64,000 bases of DNA from Heterodontus francisci (GCF_036365525.1 NC_090371.1:155342669-155406668), one strand, 5' to 3'. Shown: positions 1 through 13,520, numbered from the stretch's first letter. A program made the numbers and translations. Notes: a model not told the origin generated them from the sequence alone.

Positions 1-479
1 CTCCGATGAAGGTCAATTAAACTGGTTAAGGAGCTCATTAAGAGCTTGTCAGTGGGAGTTGGTGTGAATTTTGCAGGTGCGAATGGCCTGCACATACTGT
101 TTGGAGCAGACCAGTTGAAGGGAGGTGGGTACATAGTGTGGAGCCAGTCATGGCCTTCCCGGGGAATTAGCTCTGGCCCAGAAAAGGTGAATGGCACAAA
201 GGGGGGACTTGACCATTGGGAAACAGGTTCCATCACCACAGTGCAGGTGGCGAGGATAGTGGGCAGTAATCGCTCATACATCACTCTCCTGGCATCATGA
301 GGGCATAAGAGCAGAGACAAGGCTGCCAGGGACAATTGGGAGCTACCTGTGCAAAAAAAGGGCAGCAGCTAACAATGGGTGCTTGGCTGTCAGATTTTGG
401 GCATGGCGATGAGGAGCAACATCCTTGGTAGGAAAAGCGGAGCCCAGGCATCAGGAGGTCAGAGGAGAGGAACAAGGGG

Positions 480-985
480 CAGGAAGGGCATGGAGGCCAT
501 ACCCTCTGTATAGGATCTGTTGCTGAAGATGGAGTTACCCGGAGATGACTGAGAACAGTAACACAGGAGACTGCGACTCTCCAAGCAGATAGTCACAGAC
601 ATCTGTGCCCTAGTTGCTGAAGCCCTTACACCTTGCAGCACTGGTCACCATGCCCTGCCAATAGCCATCAAAGTCACTGTGGCCTTGAACTTCTTTGTTT
701 CTACCTCTTTCCAAAGATTAGCTGAGGACCTTGGTGGCATCTCGCAACCAGCCACACATCACAGCATCTTGCAGGTTACTATTGTCCTCTTTGCCAGAGC
801 TGGACAGTACATTCAGTTCAAGCCAAATGGGGCCTCGCAGGCACAGACAGCAGTGTGTTTCACGGAGATCACTGGATTACCAAAGTGGAGGGCATCATCG
901 ATTGCACCCACGTGGCCATCAAAGCACCCAGTGAACGGCCAGTAAGATTCATCAACAGGAAGGGCTTCCACTCCCTCATCATTAA
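480..985 (+). pseudogene. Harbinger (HARBI1-like) DDE transposase fragment, frameshifted and truncated
   Basis: IDCTH and NRKGFHS motifs are present. ORF 679..945 covers the helix-turn-helix part. Confidence 0.85.
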
Positions 986-1024
986 CTGGTCTGCTGAATA
1001 TGGCTCCCCATGAGCTCCTCCATG

Positions 1025-1476
1025 AGGAGGAGATGCCAGAGGCTGAGGCAGCTGAGGGCAGTTACCCTCTGAGGAGGGAGGACAGACACAGTCCTGCTCA
1101 GCTGGGCACAGCTGCAGAGCCTCAGGAGTCATTGGAAAGGAGACTCAACTTAGACCAGCAGCAGCAGATGTGCTCCCACATGTCGAAGTTCCCTGAGGCA
1201 ATGCTGCTCTCAGTGAAGGAGCTCATGCCCGTAAAGCCCTTAGTCATAGTGGAACACATGAATGAGATGGACTCCTCCATTTCCTGCCCATAACCTCGCA
1301 CTAACTCAAGGAGCTTCGGCATGTGGAAGCACACCTGCTGCTGCTGGTCTAGGTTGAGCCTCCTTTCCAATGACCCCTGAGGCTTTGCATCTGTGCCCAG
1401 CTGAGCAAGACTGTGTCTGTCCTTCCTCCTCAGAGGGTAACTGCCCCCAGCTGCCTCAGCCTCTGCCAGCTCCTCC
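1025..1476. repeat. Inverted duplication, arms ~1025-1197 and ~1305-1476
   Basis: ORFs 1000..1293(+) and 1122..1670(-) encode near-identical peptides (EAEAA.GSYPLRR.DRHS.AQLGT..SLERRLNLDQQQQ). Confidence 0.9.
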
Positions 1477-2199
1477 AGCACACTAGTGCCATGCTCCTCA
1501 CCCAGTGCCTTCCCATCTAAACATGCGTGAGCAACCACCGAAGTGATTGTATCTGCGCTGGTGAACAGTATGCTTGAAAGATGTGTCAGTTCTTCTTTGT
1601 ATCTTTGCTGGTCATCTTGACCCAGTGGTGGAGAGGGAGAAGGGTTGACATCTGCACCTTTGGGAGACACAAGAATCGATCATGAGAGCTAGCCTTGGAG
1701 AGCAGAAGCTTTTGCAGCACTGAGGCTCTGCAATGCAAGTCAGTGTTCGGCCTGCTGTTGGACTGCATAGAGTGCAAAGCTACCCCTTAATGAATAATCA
1801 GCATCGCCACCATGAGTGCTCATCTCGCCCTGGCCGACCTCCTTGTTGTCTCTGCTCCTAGTTATCTCCATTGCTCCGTCCTCCATCAGCGTGATGATGT
1901 GAAGATAAAGTACCCCTCCACCCATTTGGGCCCTTTCTTAGGCACTATGTGTCTATTTCTCCTGCAAGGGCAAAAGGCACTGCTGTCCTCTATGGTCAAT
2001 GGCAGCTGCTCCAATTCTTTGAAGGGGGTGTGTATCGGTGGTGACAGGTCCACAGCAGCACTACGACTCTGAGCCATTCTTAGGGGTCAGTAGTGGCCTG
2101 TGCATACACTCCTCCCTTGTTCAGGAACAGCATGACGTCCCTCAGCTGGTGTGTCTGCTGGAGGGTGAATATCCAGAGGCCTGTCCTGAGGGTTGGAGG

Positions 2200-2410
2200 T
2201 AGCAACTACCTTGGGTATCGGGTCATTGAACCTTTTCCTGCACTGGATCCAAGTTCTTCTGGCCATACTTCTGCTGCCGACAGTGGCAGCGATGTCTATA
2301 CACTCCTGGTCTATGTGGGTAGCCTCTTCCTACCACCCTCCTCTCCCTCACGGCTGCCAGCATCACCTCCAGGTCCACGTCTGAAAATCAAGGGGCTGCT
2401 CTGTCCCGGG
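2200..2410 (-). pseudogene. Myb/SANT-like (trihelix) DNA-binding domain of the Harbinger second gene
   Basis: Manual translation gives DIAATVGSRSMARRTWIQCRKRFND. Confidence 0.75.
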
Positions 2411-3439
2411 TCCCAGGCTTGTTGCTCTCCTGAGACTTTGTGGAAATGAACTTTTCTGTGAGTCTTCACTGTCACAGCAGTGGAATGGCAGCCACAGTTA
2501 TGGCTGCCATGCTGAGTTTAAATCAGGCCCACTCTTGAATTGGCCAGCCTCTGTTTCCACCCCTGCGGACGCTAATTGGCTGCCAAATCCATCTCCTTTG
2601 AAATTCGGGGCCTATTTCTGTTTCCCCGCTGCGGGCTGATTCGGGACCCAGGAATGGTCCTGACTTCTGCTTCCCAGACCCGCAGCGAAAATCCAGCCCT
2701 ATATTTCAATATTTACTCTGGTTTTCACTTCCTTCGAAGTATACTACATGGATGTCCTCAGGGGAGAGGTCCCTGCAGGACAGCTCTCCTCATACCCATC
2801 ATATCCAGCATCGCCTCCACTATCTTAACATTCCTGTTGTCATTTGAACTGCGGTGAAATATTACGAGTTTCTTCAGCCTTATTTATTTTGGTGAAAAAT
2901 GTAGATATTTTATGGAACACAATAAGCATTTCTAAGATGTTATTGCACTCTTAGCAGAAAAAACTGTCAATTGTATTCAAGACATATGAGTTTAGGTTTT
3001 CCAATCACAAAGCTGATGACACTCTATTTAAAAGGACTGAAGTACTGTGGTTGTTATGATTAGAAAACCTAGGCCTTTAGGTGTCCTTTAAATGAGAGCT
3101 GAATAGAATTTACCAAAAACACTGAGCATAAAGCTGTTGATTATTCAGGGTATAAGTGAGCCATGAATGTTTCAACATCAGGAACAATGAAGACATAGTC
3201 AAAAATTATGTATTAGTAAATATGCAAGATGCCTCTGGAATGGTTCTCTCCCTTGGTAATGATTGCTACATATAGTTCTGGAAATGAAATAATTTTTATA
3301 ATTCCTTGAAAAAGTGTGTCCTTTTACTTCCCTTTATATTTTTTCTCAAAATTGAAAAAAAATAATTGTCACGGTGTTGCTATATGTTGCCATTCAGTTG
3401 TTCCAACATCAGGCACATGGTATTGCTGTTTCAGAGTAC

Positions 3440-3668
3440 CTGGATATGCTGAGCCCCAATCTCACTCTGGAGTTTCGGATTGGCCTGTTGGGGTAGAGCC
3501 TCTGTCCTCCTCGAGCAATATAATTGATGCAAGAGGGGACGGAGATTGCCAATGCTGGAAGTTTCCGGGGCTTGAGAGGGCTCTTTTAATTTCTTTCCAG
3601 GGAGGTGGGTGAAGCTACCACCAGCAAATTTCTCTGAACTGCTGTCTAGCGGTGCAGATACCTGCCAG
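3440..3668 (-). CDS. Candidate host-gene exon, product unknown
   Basis: Non-repetitive-looking sequence. A pyrimidine tract plus AG precedes 3668 and CAG|GTA follows 3440. 76 open codons (WQVSAPLDSSSEKFAGG..EIGAQHIQ), with in-frame stops just outside both splice sites. Confidence 0.35.
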
Positions 3669-4599
3669 CTATATTAAATGTACAGAAGGCAGAAGAGAGA
3701 TTCATGAGTGAATACTGCCTGAGGGAAGTTACTTAAGCAGTGTTATTCAGTACATCATGCATTATTGCTAATGTATCCTGGGATCTTTCAGGCTTTAAGT
3801 GGGGTCATTTTTATAAGACAGTTTAAAGCTTATACCGCATGACACCGAATCAGCAATAAACCTACTCAAATGTTAGTCTTTGACAGACCTGATGCATTAT
3901 TTCCCATTGCAGTTCGATCTATACTTTAGCAAGATAAGAGTATCACGATAACATTAATTAATGTCCATTTACAAATTACTGTACCAGGTCTATGCTTGGT
4001 GCAGCATTTCCTGATGGTTTGCTACGCCTGTGGGATTAAAGCATGAAATGGGCAAAGGCACAATCTGCCCTATCATGGATACTACTACAGTTTTAAGCTG
4101 CTGAGAGAAAGGTCTGCATTAGTAATCATTGATTTTCAAAAGTAACAAAGCAAGACTGCAGAATATTTATCCATCCTGACCTCTCCATTATTCTGTGGCC
4201 TACTGCACTCTAGACCACAATTCCCTTTCTACTTCAGCAAGACAGGATGCATATGTTTGCTACAGTGTGGAGGGTGACTCTTACAGAAAGGAGCAAGGGA
4301 AAATGAGGAAGAAAATTAGAGATAGAATGATGACAATAAAAGAAAGTGTCTCCAATCTTCATAATGGGGCCATAGTTGTTGCCCTGCTCCTACTTCCAAT
4401 ATAGTTGCCACCATTTCCTATCCATCATGGAAATGGGCAGCCAGAGTGCCTACCTGTTTCAGATGAGAGGCCTTATTTCATATCCCAATTGAGCTAGTTG
4501 TGGGCACAATCTGCCTTTTAATACCAGGCGCTGGCCAGTCTAAAGGGTCCTTAAATCCATTGCGTTAAAATTCATTACATGGCAGGACAAATTTGCATA

Positions 4600-4732
4600 T
4601 TTTCAAAGATAATTAATTGAAGGGAATAAATTGTAGGGCTATTGGGAAAGAGCAGGGGAGTGAAACTAATTGGATAAGAGCAGGCACAGGCATGATGGGC
4701 TGAATGGCCTCTTTCTGTGCTGTATCATTCTA
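4600..4732 (+). mobile_element. CR1 LINE 3' tail
   Basis: gatgggctgaatggcctctttctgtgctgtatcattcta matches the other CR1 3' ends in the window. Confidence 0.75.
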
Positions 4733-4904
4733 ACTGATGTAGGCCACTGACAAAACAGTCATTGTTTTTAAGAGTCTGTCAGGCCAGGAACAAGATGCAT
4801 GCTAATTTTCAACATTGGCTGCTGGGCGGTAGCTTGGTGGAGCAGATTGCCTGTCCATTGTAGAACTAGGCTGATTTTCATCTCATTGATATCTGGTGAA
4901 TCTG

Positions 4905-5070
4905 AGCTGCACTCCTCTTGAGGCCAATAGATCCTTCTTGTAGTGTGGTGCCCAGAACTGTACGCAGTACTCCAGATGCGGTCTAATCAGGGCTTTGTGT
5001 AGCTGTAGCAAAACCTCCTCGCCTTTAATGCTAGCCTATCAGTTATAAAGGCTAACATTTCACTAGATGT
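4905..5070 (-). mobile_element. CR1 ORF2 fragment (probably continues at ~8045-9000)
   Basis: The minus strand encodes RPHLEYCVQFWAPHYKKD. Confidence 0.8.
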
Positions 5071-5074
5071 TTTG

Positions 5075-8042
5075 ATTTTTTCTTTATTCGGTCGTGGGAT
5101 GTGAGCATTCATGGCAAGGCAAGCCTTTATTGCCCACTAGACTTTCTGATTTTTTTATTTGTTTGTGAGATGTGAGCATCTCTGGCAAGGCCAGCATTTA
5201 TTGTCCATCCCTAATTGCCCTTGAGAAAGTGGTGGTGAGCTGCCTTCTTGAACCGCTGCAGTCCATGGAGTTGAGGTCACAATCAGAACAGCCATGATCT
5301 TATTGAATGGCGGAACAGGCTCAAGGGGCCAAATGGCCTACTCCTGCTCCTATTTCTTATGTTCTTAGATACACCCACAGTGCTGTTAGGGAGAAAGTTC
5401 CACGATTTTAACCAAGTGACAGTAAAGGAACAGCAATATAGTCCCAAGTCAGGATGTTGTATGATTTTGAAGGAGAATTTGCAGGAGTTGGTGTTCCCAT
5501 GGGTCTGCTGCCCTTGTTCTTATATGTGGTAGTGGTCGCGGGTTTGGAAGGTGCTGTCGAAGGAGCCTTGGTGAGTTGCTACAGTGCATCTTGTAGATGG
5601 TACACACTGGTGCCACTGTGTGTCAGTGGTGGAAAAAGTGAATATTTAAGATTGTGGAAGGGGTGATAATCAAGCGGGCTGCTTTGTCCTGGATGGCGTT
5701 GAGCTTCTTGCGTGTTGTTGGAGCTGCATTCATCCAGGCAAGTGGAGAGTATGCCAACACAATCCTCAATTGTGAGTTGTAGATGATAAAGCCTGACATC
5801 GGTAGTGGGGAAAATTCTAGAGTCCATTATCAAAGATTTTATAGCAGAGCACTTAGAAAACAGTGGTAGAATCAGGCAGAGTCAGCATGGATTTACGAAA
5901 GGGAAATCATGCTTGACAAATCTACTAGAATTCTTCGAGGATGTAACTAGTAGAGTTGATGAGGGGGATCCAGTGGATGTGGTTTATTTGGACTTTCAGA
6001 AGGCTTTCGACAAAGTCCCACATAAGCGATTAGCGTGTAAAATTAAAGCACATGGGATTGGGGGTAGTGTATTGTGACGGATAGAAAATTAGTTGGCAGA
6101 CAGGAAACAAAGAGTGGGGATAAATCGGTCTTTTTCCGAATGGCAGGCAGTGACTAGTGAGGTACCGCAGGGATCGGTGCTAGGACCCCAGCTATTCACA
6201 ATATATATTAATGATTTAGATGAGGGAACTAAATGTAATATCTCCAAATTTGGAGATGACACAAAACTGGGTGGGACGGTATGTTGTGAGGAGGATGCAG
6301 AGAGGTTTCAGGGTGATTTGAACAAGTTGAGTGAGTGGGCTAATGCATGACAGATGCAGTATAATGTGGATAAATGTGAGGTTATCCACTTTGGTAGCAA
6401 AAACAGGAAGGCAGATTATTATCTGAATGGCTACAAACTGAAAGAGGGGAATATGCAGCGAGACCTGGGTGTTCTCGTACATCAGTCGCTGAAGGTAAGC
6501 ATGCAGGTGCAACAGGCGGTAGAAAAGGCAACTGGTATGCTGGCCTTCATAGTGAGAGGATTCGAGTACAGGAGCATGGATGTCTTGCTGCAATTATACA
6601 GGGCCTTGGTGAGGCCAGACCTGGAATATTGTGTGCAGATTTGATCTCCTTATCTGAGGAAGGATGTTCTTGCTATAGAGGGAGTGCAGCGAAGGTTTAC
6701 CAGACTGATTCCTGGGATGGTGGGACTGACGTATGAGGAGAGATTGAGTTGGTTAGGATTATATTCGCTGGAGTTCAGAAGAGTGAGGGGGGATCTCATA
6801 GAAACCTATAAAATTCTAACAGGACTTGACAGGGTAGATGCAGGAAGGATGTTTCCGATGGTGGGGGAGTCCAGAACCAGGGGTCATAGTCGAAGGATAC
6901 AGGGTAAAACTTTCAGGACTGAGATGAGGAGAAATTTCTTCACCCAGAGAGTGGTGAGCTGGTGGATTTCGCTACCACAGAAAGCAGTTGAGGCCAAAAC
7001 ATTGTATGTTTTCACGAAGGAGTTAGATATAGCTCTTGGGTCTAAAGGGATCAAAGGGTATGGGGCGAAGCGGGAACAGGCTACTGAGTTGGATGATCAG
7101 CCATGATCATAATGAATGGCGGAGCAGGCTCGAAGGGCCTAATGGCCTACTCCTGCTCCTATTTTCTATGTTTCTATGTATGTTTCTATTAAACAGACTT
7201 TGGGGAGACAGGAGGTGAGTTATTCACTGCAGAATTCCCAGCCTCTGGCCTGCTTTCATAGCCACAGTATTTATTTGGCTGGTCCAGTTAAGTTTCTAGT
7301 GAATGATAACCCCCCAAGATGTTGCTAGTGGGGGATTCAGCAATGGTATTGCAATTGAATGTCAAGGGGAGCTAGTTAGATACTCTCTTGTTGGAGATGG
7401 TCATTGCCTGGCACTTGTGTGGCACGAATGTTACTTGCCACTTATCAGCTCAAGCCTGAATGCTGTCCAGGTCTTGCTGCATGCAGACACAGACTGCCTC
7501 AGTACCTGCAGAGTTGTGAACGGTGCTGAGCACTGTGTAATCATCAGTGAACATTCTCACTTTTGACCTTATGATGGAGGGGAGGTTATTGATGAGACAG
7601 CTGAAGATGGTTGGGTCTAGGACTCTATTCTGAGGAACCCCTGCAGCGATGTCCTGGGGCTGAGATGATTGGCCTTCAACAACCACAACCATCCTTCTTT
7701 GTGCTAGGTATGACCAGTTGAGTGTTTTCCCCATTGATTCCCATTGACTTCAATTTTGCGAGGGGTCCTTGATGCCGCACTTGGTCAAATGCTGCCTTGA
7801 TGTCAAGAGCGGTCACTCTCCCCTCCCCTCTAGAAGTCAGCTCTTTCGCCCATGTTTGGACCTTTAATGAGGTCTGGAATCAAGTGGCCCTGGCGGAACC
7901 AAAACTGAGCATCAATAAGCAGGTTTTTGCTGAGTAAGTGCCACTTGATAGCACTGTCAATGACATGTTCCATCACTTTGCTAATTGAGTGTAGACTGAT
8001 GGGACAGGAATTGCCTGGATTGGATTTATCCTGCTTTTTGTG
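5075..8042 (-). mobile_element. 5'-truncated copy of the tRNA-headed LINE family, interrupted by CR1 insertions at ~5267-5368 and ~5792-7187
   Basis: Reverse-complement match to ~47080-48450. ORF 7450..7734 reads GVPQNRVLDPTIF..MFTDDYT. Confidence 0.85.
5792..7187 (+). mobile_element. 5'-truncated CR1/HER1-type LINE (RT and 3' UTR)
   Basis: QHGFTKGKSCLTNL, YLDFQKAFDKVPH, VPQGSVLGP and KFGDDTKL are present with several stops. Ends in a tttctatg-type tail. Highly similar to ~24967-26355. Confidence 0.95.
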
Positions 8043-8044
8043 CT

Positions 8045-9000
8045 TTTTATACCTGTCTTTTTAGTGATCTATGTACAATGACCCATAAACCTCTTCAGAC
8101 GTCCCCTGCTCGTAGCTTTTCACCATTTATAAAATACTTGGATCTATCTTTCTTTGGCCCAATATAGATTGTCTCACATTCATCTGTATTGAATCCAACT
8201 GCAACTGTTTTGCCCACTCACTTAATGTATCGATGACTCTTTTTAATTTTACATTACTTACTATGCAATCAATCTTGGTGTCATCGTCAAACTTGGATTT
8301 ATGGCACTCCATTGTACTATCTCAGTCATTAATAAATATAATGAATATTGAAGCCCTAGCCTTGTGTGGCATCACTAGTCACTTCCTTTCAATTCAACTC
8401 AACTATGCGCCCATTATTCCTGCACTCTCTCTTCGACCAATCTTCTTACCAGGTCAATAATTTGCCTTCAATTCCATGAGCTTTAATCTTAGCTTAACAG
8501 TCTCTTATGTAAAACCTTAACAAATTCCTTCTGGCAGTTCATTTAAACTACATCCAGAGGCAATCCCCTGGGTCTACTGTCTTAATTACCACCTCAAAAC
8601 TTAAATTAATTTTATTAGACATAACCTACCTTTTACAAATCTATGTTGGCTCTCTCTAATCAGCTTAAAGTTCTCTAAGCACTCAGTCAATTGTACTTTA
8701 TTATGGATTCCAATAACTTCCCCAGAGCAATGCTAGACTAACAGGTCTATAATTTCCTTGTTTCTTCCTCACACCTTTCTTAAATAATGGCATTACATTT
8801 ACAATTTTCTAATCTAAAGGGACAATTCCTAAATCAAGAGAGCTTTGGAAGATTGTGGCGAAAGCACCTGCAATTTTCTCACCTACTTCATTTAAAACAT
8901 AGGGTGGAAGCCATCAGATCCTGGGGATTTGTCAGTCTTTAGTGCAATTATTTTTTTCCAATTTGTTTTCTTGCTTATGTTATCTTTAGTAAGCTCCAGT
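8045..9000 (-). mobile_element. Old, degenerate CR1 RT fragment
   Basis: ORF 8127..8312 reads SKFDDDTKI..LSEWAKQLQL. Confidence 0.75.
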
Positions 9001-10758
9001 GCTTGATTCATTCCTTGTTACCTTACAGGCTTTTGTTTGCTGACCATGCATGGTCACTCTGTAGTAGGAGGCTGCTACTTACATTTGACATGCTTGCCAT
9101 CTTTAAAAGGATTCAGCTAAGTACAAAATAGAGCTGAATGACACTTGGTTATCACTACATGTGCTGCTGGCACTTCCAACCTCTGAATTCTACTTCTCTA
9201 CTCCCAGGGAAACAGAGGGGAGCAGGCTGCTCAGAATGATGGCCCCATAACATTAAGCCTTTGAGTTTTCATGAATCATCAGTAAACAATACACTGAGGG
9301 ACAGGGGGAGGATGAAGTGAGATCCCATCCCCAAGATCAGACAAATACTATCTCTCTCATGTTCTTTTCTCTCTCCCTACAGCCTGTCAATATCATATCA
9401 AACATTTGTTAACCATTCATGTCTTTCCAGTGGGAACGCAGTCTCAATGAGAGAATAGATCGGAGGTAGGGATACATCATTGTAGTGTCAATTATCTGAC
9501 ACACACTCACAGTATGGCTTATCATTGGGAGCATGGGATCATTTAAATTTATTCTACATTCTCATGTAAGCAATTTTTGAAGTGGTTGCACATAGACAAC
9601 ATTCTAAGATATATTCCTCTTCTCTGTCTGTAGGTGTCTCACAAGAATCAGTCACAGTTTCTCGTAGCTCCCTAGAAGCCAGCACTTCTCAGCACCCTGC
9701 ATCTTTCACTCCATACATCACAGATACCACCATGTCTGCAGCCACCTCATTGGAATTAGATTAGTCAGTCTGGGATAGGTGCACAGCATGACATACAAAT
9801 TATGTGAGCAGGATTAGGTGGTGGCAGCTGTAGAGTAACAGGTACCTGTTGTCTGAAGGACCAGCTCATATTGTTACTCGGCTGTACAGCCTTGGGATTT
9901 AAACCTCATGGAGCCTTCTTTTAAAAGAATGATGCCCTTGAGCACCACTATTTTCTCTTATGGATGTGTCTCACTAAATAAGTGGAAGTAAAACTATGAA
10001 CTACTTCTACTCAAAGATCAAGTTATTTGTCAGGGCAACTAAACCTCATCTGCATTCAGGATTCATGCCAAATTAAGCACCTGTTCTAAATATTTTAATG
10101 ACTAAATGAATGAGATGTGTTCCAAAGGGAATGAGGTGACAGTGATGGCCTTGCACACTCATTCCACGAGTAGTAATTGATACTGCCAGTTGGAATATTA
10201 TATGACTCAATTCAAGCCAAGCTGCACTCTCCCAGCAAATACTGCGTGAAAACAGGGAAAAGGATTTAACATATTTCTAGTACCTAAACATTCCATGTGA
10301 AAGAAAATTAAAACATACCCTTCTGCCCATTTCTGAAGTGTTGCTTATTCCAAAGTGGTAGCAAGATTTGTCTTAAGCAAATCCAAGAATGTAAATAAAT
10401 AGCTTCAAAAAGAAAAAAAGTGCCATAAATTCATTTTACAAAGTGTAATGTTCCAGCTGCTATCATATTCTAACCCTCTAGGCAACTGGCAAACCAATAT
10501 CACACATGCCATTGCTTCTTTTCAGATCTGTAACAATAATCTATCATTAAAAATTAATAATCCTTTTCCTACACAACTTTTACAGGAGTAATTTTTCTGC
10601 CTTTATGAAAAAGTTTAATTGAGCCAAAATTATGATTGTGAATGTTGCTTTTAATAGCTCAGTAAGGCTGCTACAAAAATGGAGGGGAAAGTATTTGAAT
10701 AACTGTTGGAATATTATTGGAATCTATGAAGTGCTGATATTGGACTCGGCTACAGATT

Positions 10759-11582
10759 GAGCTGAATTTTTACTTAGCTGACCGGTTGGGAGCGAGGTCG
10801 GTGCGGTGGGGGGCATGGGGGCAGGGGTGCAAGGGATGGGGTGGGCAGTGGGTGGCAGTAAAATCCAAAAGGAATGAAGAACCTGGAAGTCAGGATTCCC
10901 CCGAAGTCTGTGAAGTTTTAACTCTGCAGTGTGTGCATGATATCACCAATCGGTTTCCTCCCGGAAGCTTGGCTTCCATTTGGGCGGGGAGCCAGTTGGC
11001 GAAGGTCGCAGGACTAGGTAAATACACACCAGGAGGGGTGGTAAATCTGGTGCATTGGGGAAGGTGGGAGTCAATCAGGGTTGAGGAGGAAAGGCGTCAA
11101 TCAGAGGTGGGGGGAGGGGCGTCAGTCGGATGCGCTGCCGATTCTGGGGTGCCAGGGTGGGCAGGGAGATGTTGGAGGCCTTGGTGGTGGCAGATCAGAA
11201 TGAAGTGGAATCAGAGGCCTCATTGGAAAGGTCAACAAAGAGGGTGTCCTATCGCAAGGGTTCCTCAGGCAGACGTTCTGGATCCAGAAGATAGGTATAA
11301 AGGCACTCACCTCCTGTATCCATCAAGTCCTTGCCCGAATGTAGCTGTCGGATTTCCCGATGCTCGGGAACCCAACTGACAACAATCAAAGTTGGACAGC
11401 TGAATGCCGATGACGTTCGCAGCCTCATTATCATATTTAAAGTACCAATCCACCTCATTTTGGCCTTAGTTAAAGCCAGAAGTCGATGGGTTGGAGGAGG
11501 GTTTAGGTTGGGAATCTGATTTGTAAGACTTCAACCCCCACGTGACTCAAACCCACCCATTTTATTAGATTAAAATTCCCCC
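10759..11582. mobile_element. Harbinger-type MITE
   Basis: Termini gagctgaatttt...aaaattccccc with a 3-bp TSD att on both sides. Confidence 0.75.
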
Positions 11583-12142
11583 ATTAATCTATATAACACA
11601 GCCACTGGTAAATGTGAGAGCCCAATATTTTTCTTTTTAAAAATCTAAAACAGGTTTTGAATTGTATTTTATCTGAATTGACTGTGTAACCTATTACTTT
11701 GGTTAAATGGCAAAAGAAACACTATGCAAAAGGAAAAACTTGGATAATGTTTCAGTTCAGTGGTGCTGTCGAGATTGAAACCAATCTTATAAGATAATCC
11801 TACTTATCCTCATTTTGTGGTAAGGGTCAATTATTTACTGATCATAAATTAAAATCCATACCATAGAGATACCTGAATTAACATTGACATTTATTTTACA
11901 CTTGACCTCTCATTGGGCTCTCTAGTATACCACAGCCTACTGTACCTAAACTGTGAGGGACCACTACCAGATAAAACTCTGTAGTTCCAACCCTTGTGAC
12001 AAACACCTTGCCATTCATCCATCTTTTGTTTCCTTTATATAGCCCCAGAGAGCTTCATACTTTGCTGCACTGTTCTCTCTACAGTTCCTCCCACTTTCCA
12101 GCTTAGTTGTTTAAATTATGACCGTTGTAACTGTTAACTCTC

Positions 12143-13520
12143 AGGACCACTTCGCTTCAGACCTCATTACAGCCTTGGTCCAAATATGGACCAAAGAGCT
12201 GAATTCTAGAGGTAGGGTGAGATTGACTGCCCTTGACATCAAGGGTGGTATCAAGCAGCCTTTGTAAAATTGAGGTCCATGAGAATCAGGGAAACTCTTC
12301 ACTGGCTGGAGTCATACCTAACACAAAGGAGGATGGTTGTGGTTGTTGGAGGCCAAACATCTCAGCCCCAGGTCATTGCTATGATAGAAACATAGAAAAA
12401 TAGGAGGAGTAGGTCATTCGGTCCTTCGAGCCTGCACCTCCATTCAATACGATCATGGCTGATCATCCAAACTCAGTAACCTATTCCCGCTTTCTTCCCA
12501 TATCCCTTGATCCCATTAGCCCGAAGAACTATATCTAACTCTTCTTGAATATATTTAATGATTTGGCCTCAACTGCTTTCCGTGGTAGAGAATTCCACAG
12601 GTTCACCACTCTCTGGGTGAAGAAATCTCTCCTCATCTCAGTCCTAAATGGCTTACTCCTTATCTTTAGACTGTGACACCTGGTCCTGGACTCCCCCGCC
12701 ATCGGGAACATCCTTCCTGCATCTAGTCTGTCCAGTCCTGTTAGAATTTTGTAGATTTCTATGAGATCCCCTCTCATTCTTCTATACTCTAACAAACACA
12801 AGCGTAATCGATCCAATCTCTCTTCATACATCAGTCCTGCCATCCCAGGAATCAGTCTGGTGAACCTTCGCTGCCCTCCCTCCATAGCAAGAACATCCTT
12901 CCTCAGATAGGGAGACCAAAACTGCACACAATACTCCAGATGTGGTCTCACCAAGGCCTTGTATAATGAAGCAGTCTGTGCCCACATACAGCATGACCTT
13001 GACAACATTAAGGCTTGGGCTGATAAGTAGAAAATAACATTTGTGCCACACAAGTGCCAGGCAATGACCATCTTCAACAAGAGGGCTCCCCTTGACATTT
13101 AATGGCATTACCATTGCTGAGTCCCCCACCATCAACATCCTAGGGGTTATCATTGACCAGAAATTTAACTGGACCAGCCATATAAATACTGTGGCTACAA
13201 AAGCAGGTCAGAGGTTGGGAATTCTACAGTATTTCACCTCTTGACTCTCCAAAGTCTATCCACCACCGACAAGGCACAAGTCAGGTGTGTGATGGAATAC
13301 TCCCCAATTGCCTGGATGAGTGCAGTTCCAACACTCAAGAAGCTTGACATGATCCAAGAAAAAGGAGCCTGCTTGTCAAAATCTGGAACTCTCCCTTGCA
13401 GCACTTTGGATGTACCTACAACACATGGACTGCAGCAGTTCAATAAGGTAGCTCACCACCACTTCACAAGGGCAATTAGTGATGGGCTGCGATGCCGCCA
13501 TTCCATGAATGAATAAAAAA
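12143..13520 (+). mobile_element. Truncated, internally deleted copy of the tRNA-headed LINE family, interrupted by CR1
   Basis: Matches ~47230-48450. Encodes KAQVRCVMEYSPIAW and ends in the tail gggcaattagtgatggg...gaatgaataaaaaa. Confidence 0.85.
12384..12967 (-). mobile_element. CR1/HER1 3' fragment
   Basis: Encodes LYKALVRPHLEYCVQFWSPYLRKD..FFTQRVVNLWNSLP, followed by the 3' UTR. Confidence 0.92.

Larger units (their letters stand above)
1..2699. mobile_element. Decayed PIF/Harbinger DNA transposon (transposase on +, Myb/SANT-like gene on -); left end not seen
   Basis: Plus-strand fragments read ALPIAIKVTVALNFF and, after a frameshift, GIIDCTHVAIKAP..FINRKGFHSL. The minus strand near 2200-2400 reads FSDVDLEVMLAAVRERR and RRTWIQCRKRFND. 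The right end is aaaatccagccc (ends 2699), the TIR shared with MITEs in this window. Confidence 0.85.

Noticed and set aside
9130-9940. Possible fourth Harbinger second-gene remnant
   Set aside because: Only vague resemblance to 16900-17300, with no diagnostic motif or TIR.
12535-13098. 187-aa ORF as a novel fusion protein
   Set aside because: It is a chance read-through from an antisense LINE fragment into CR1 ORF2.
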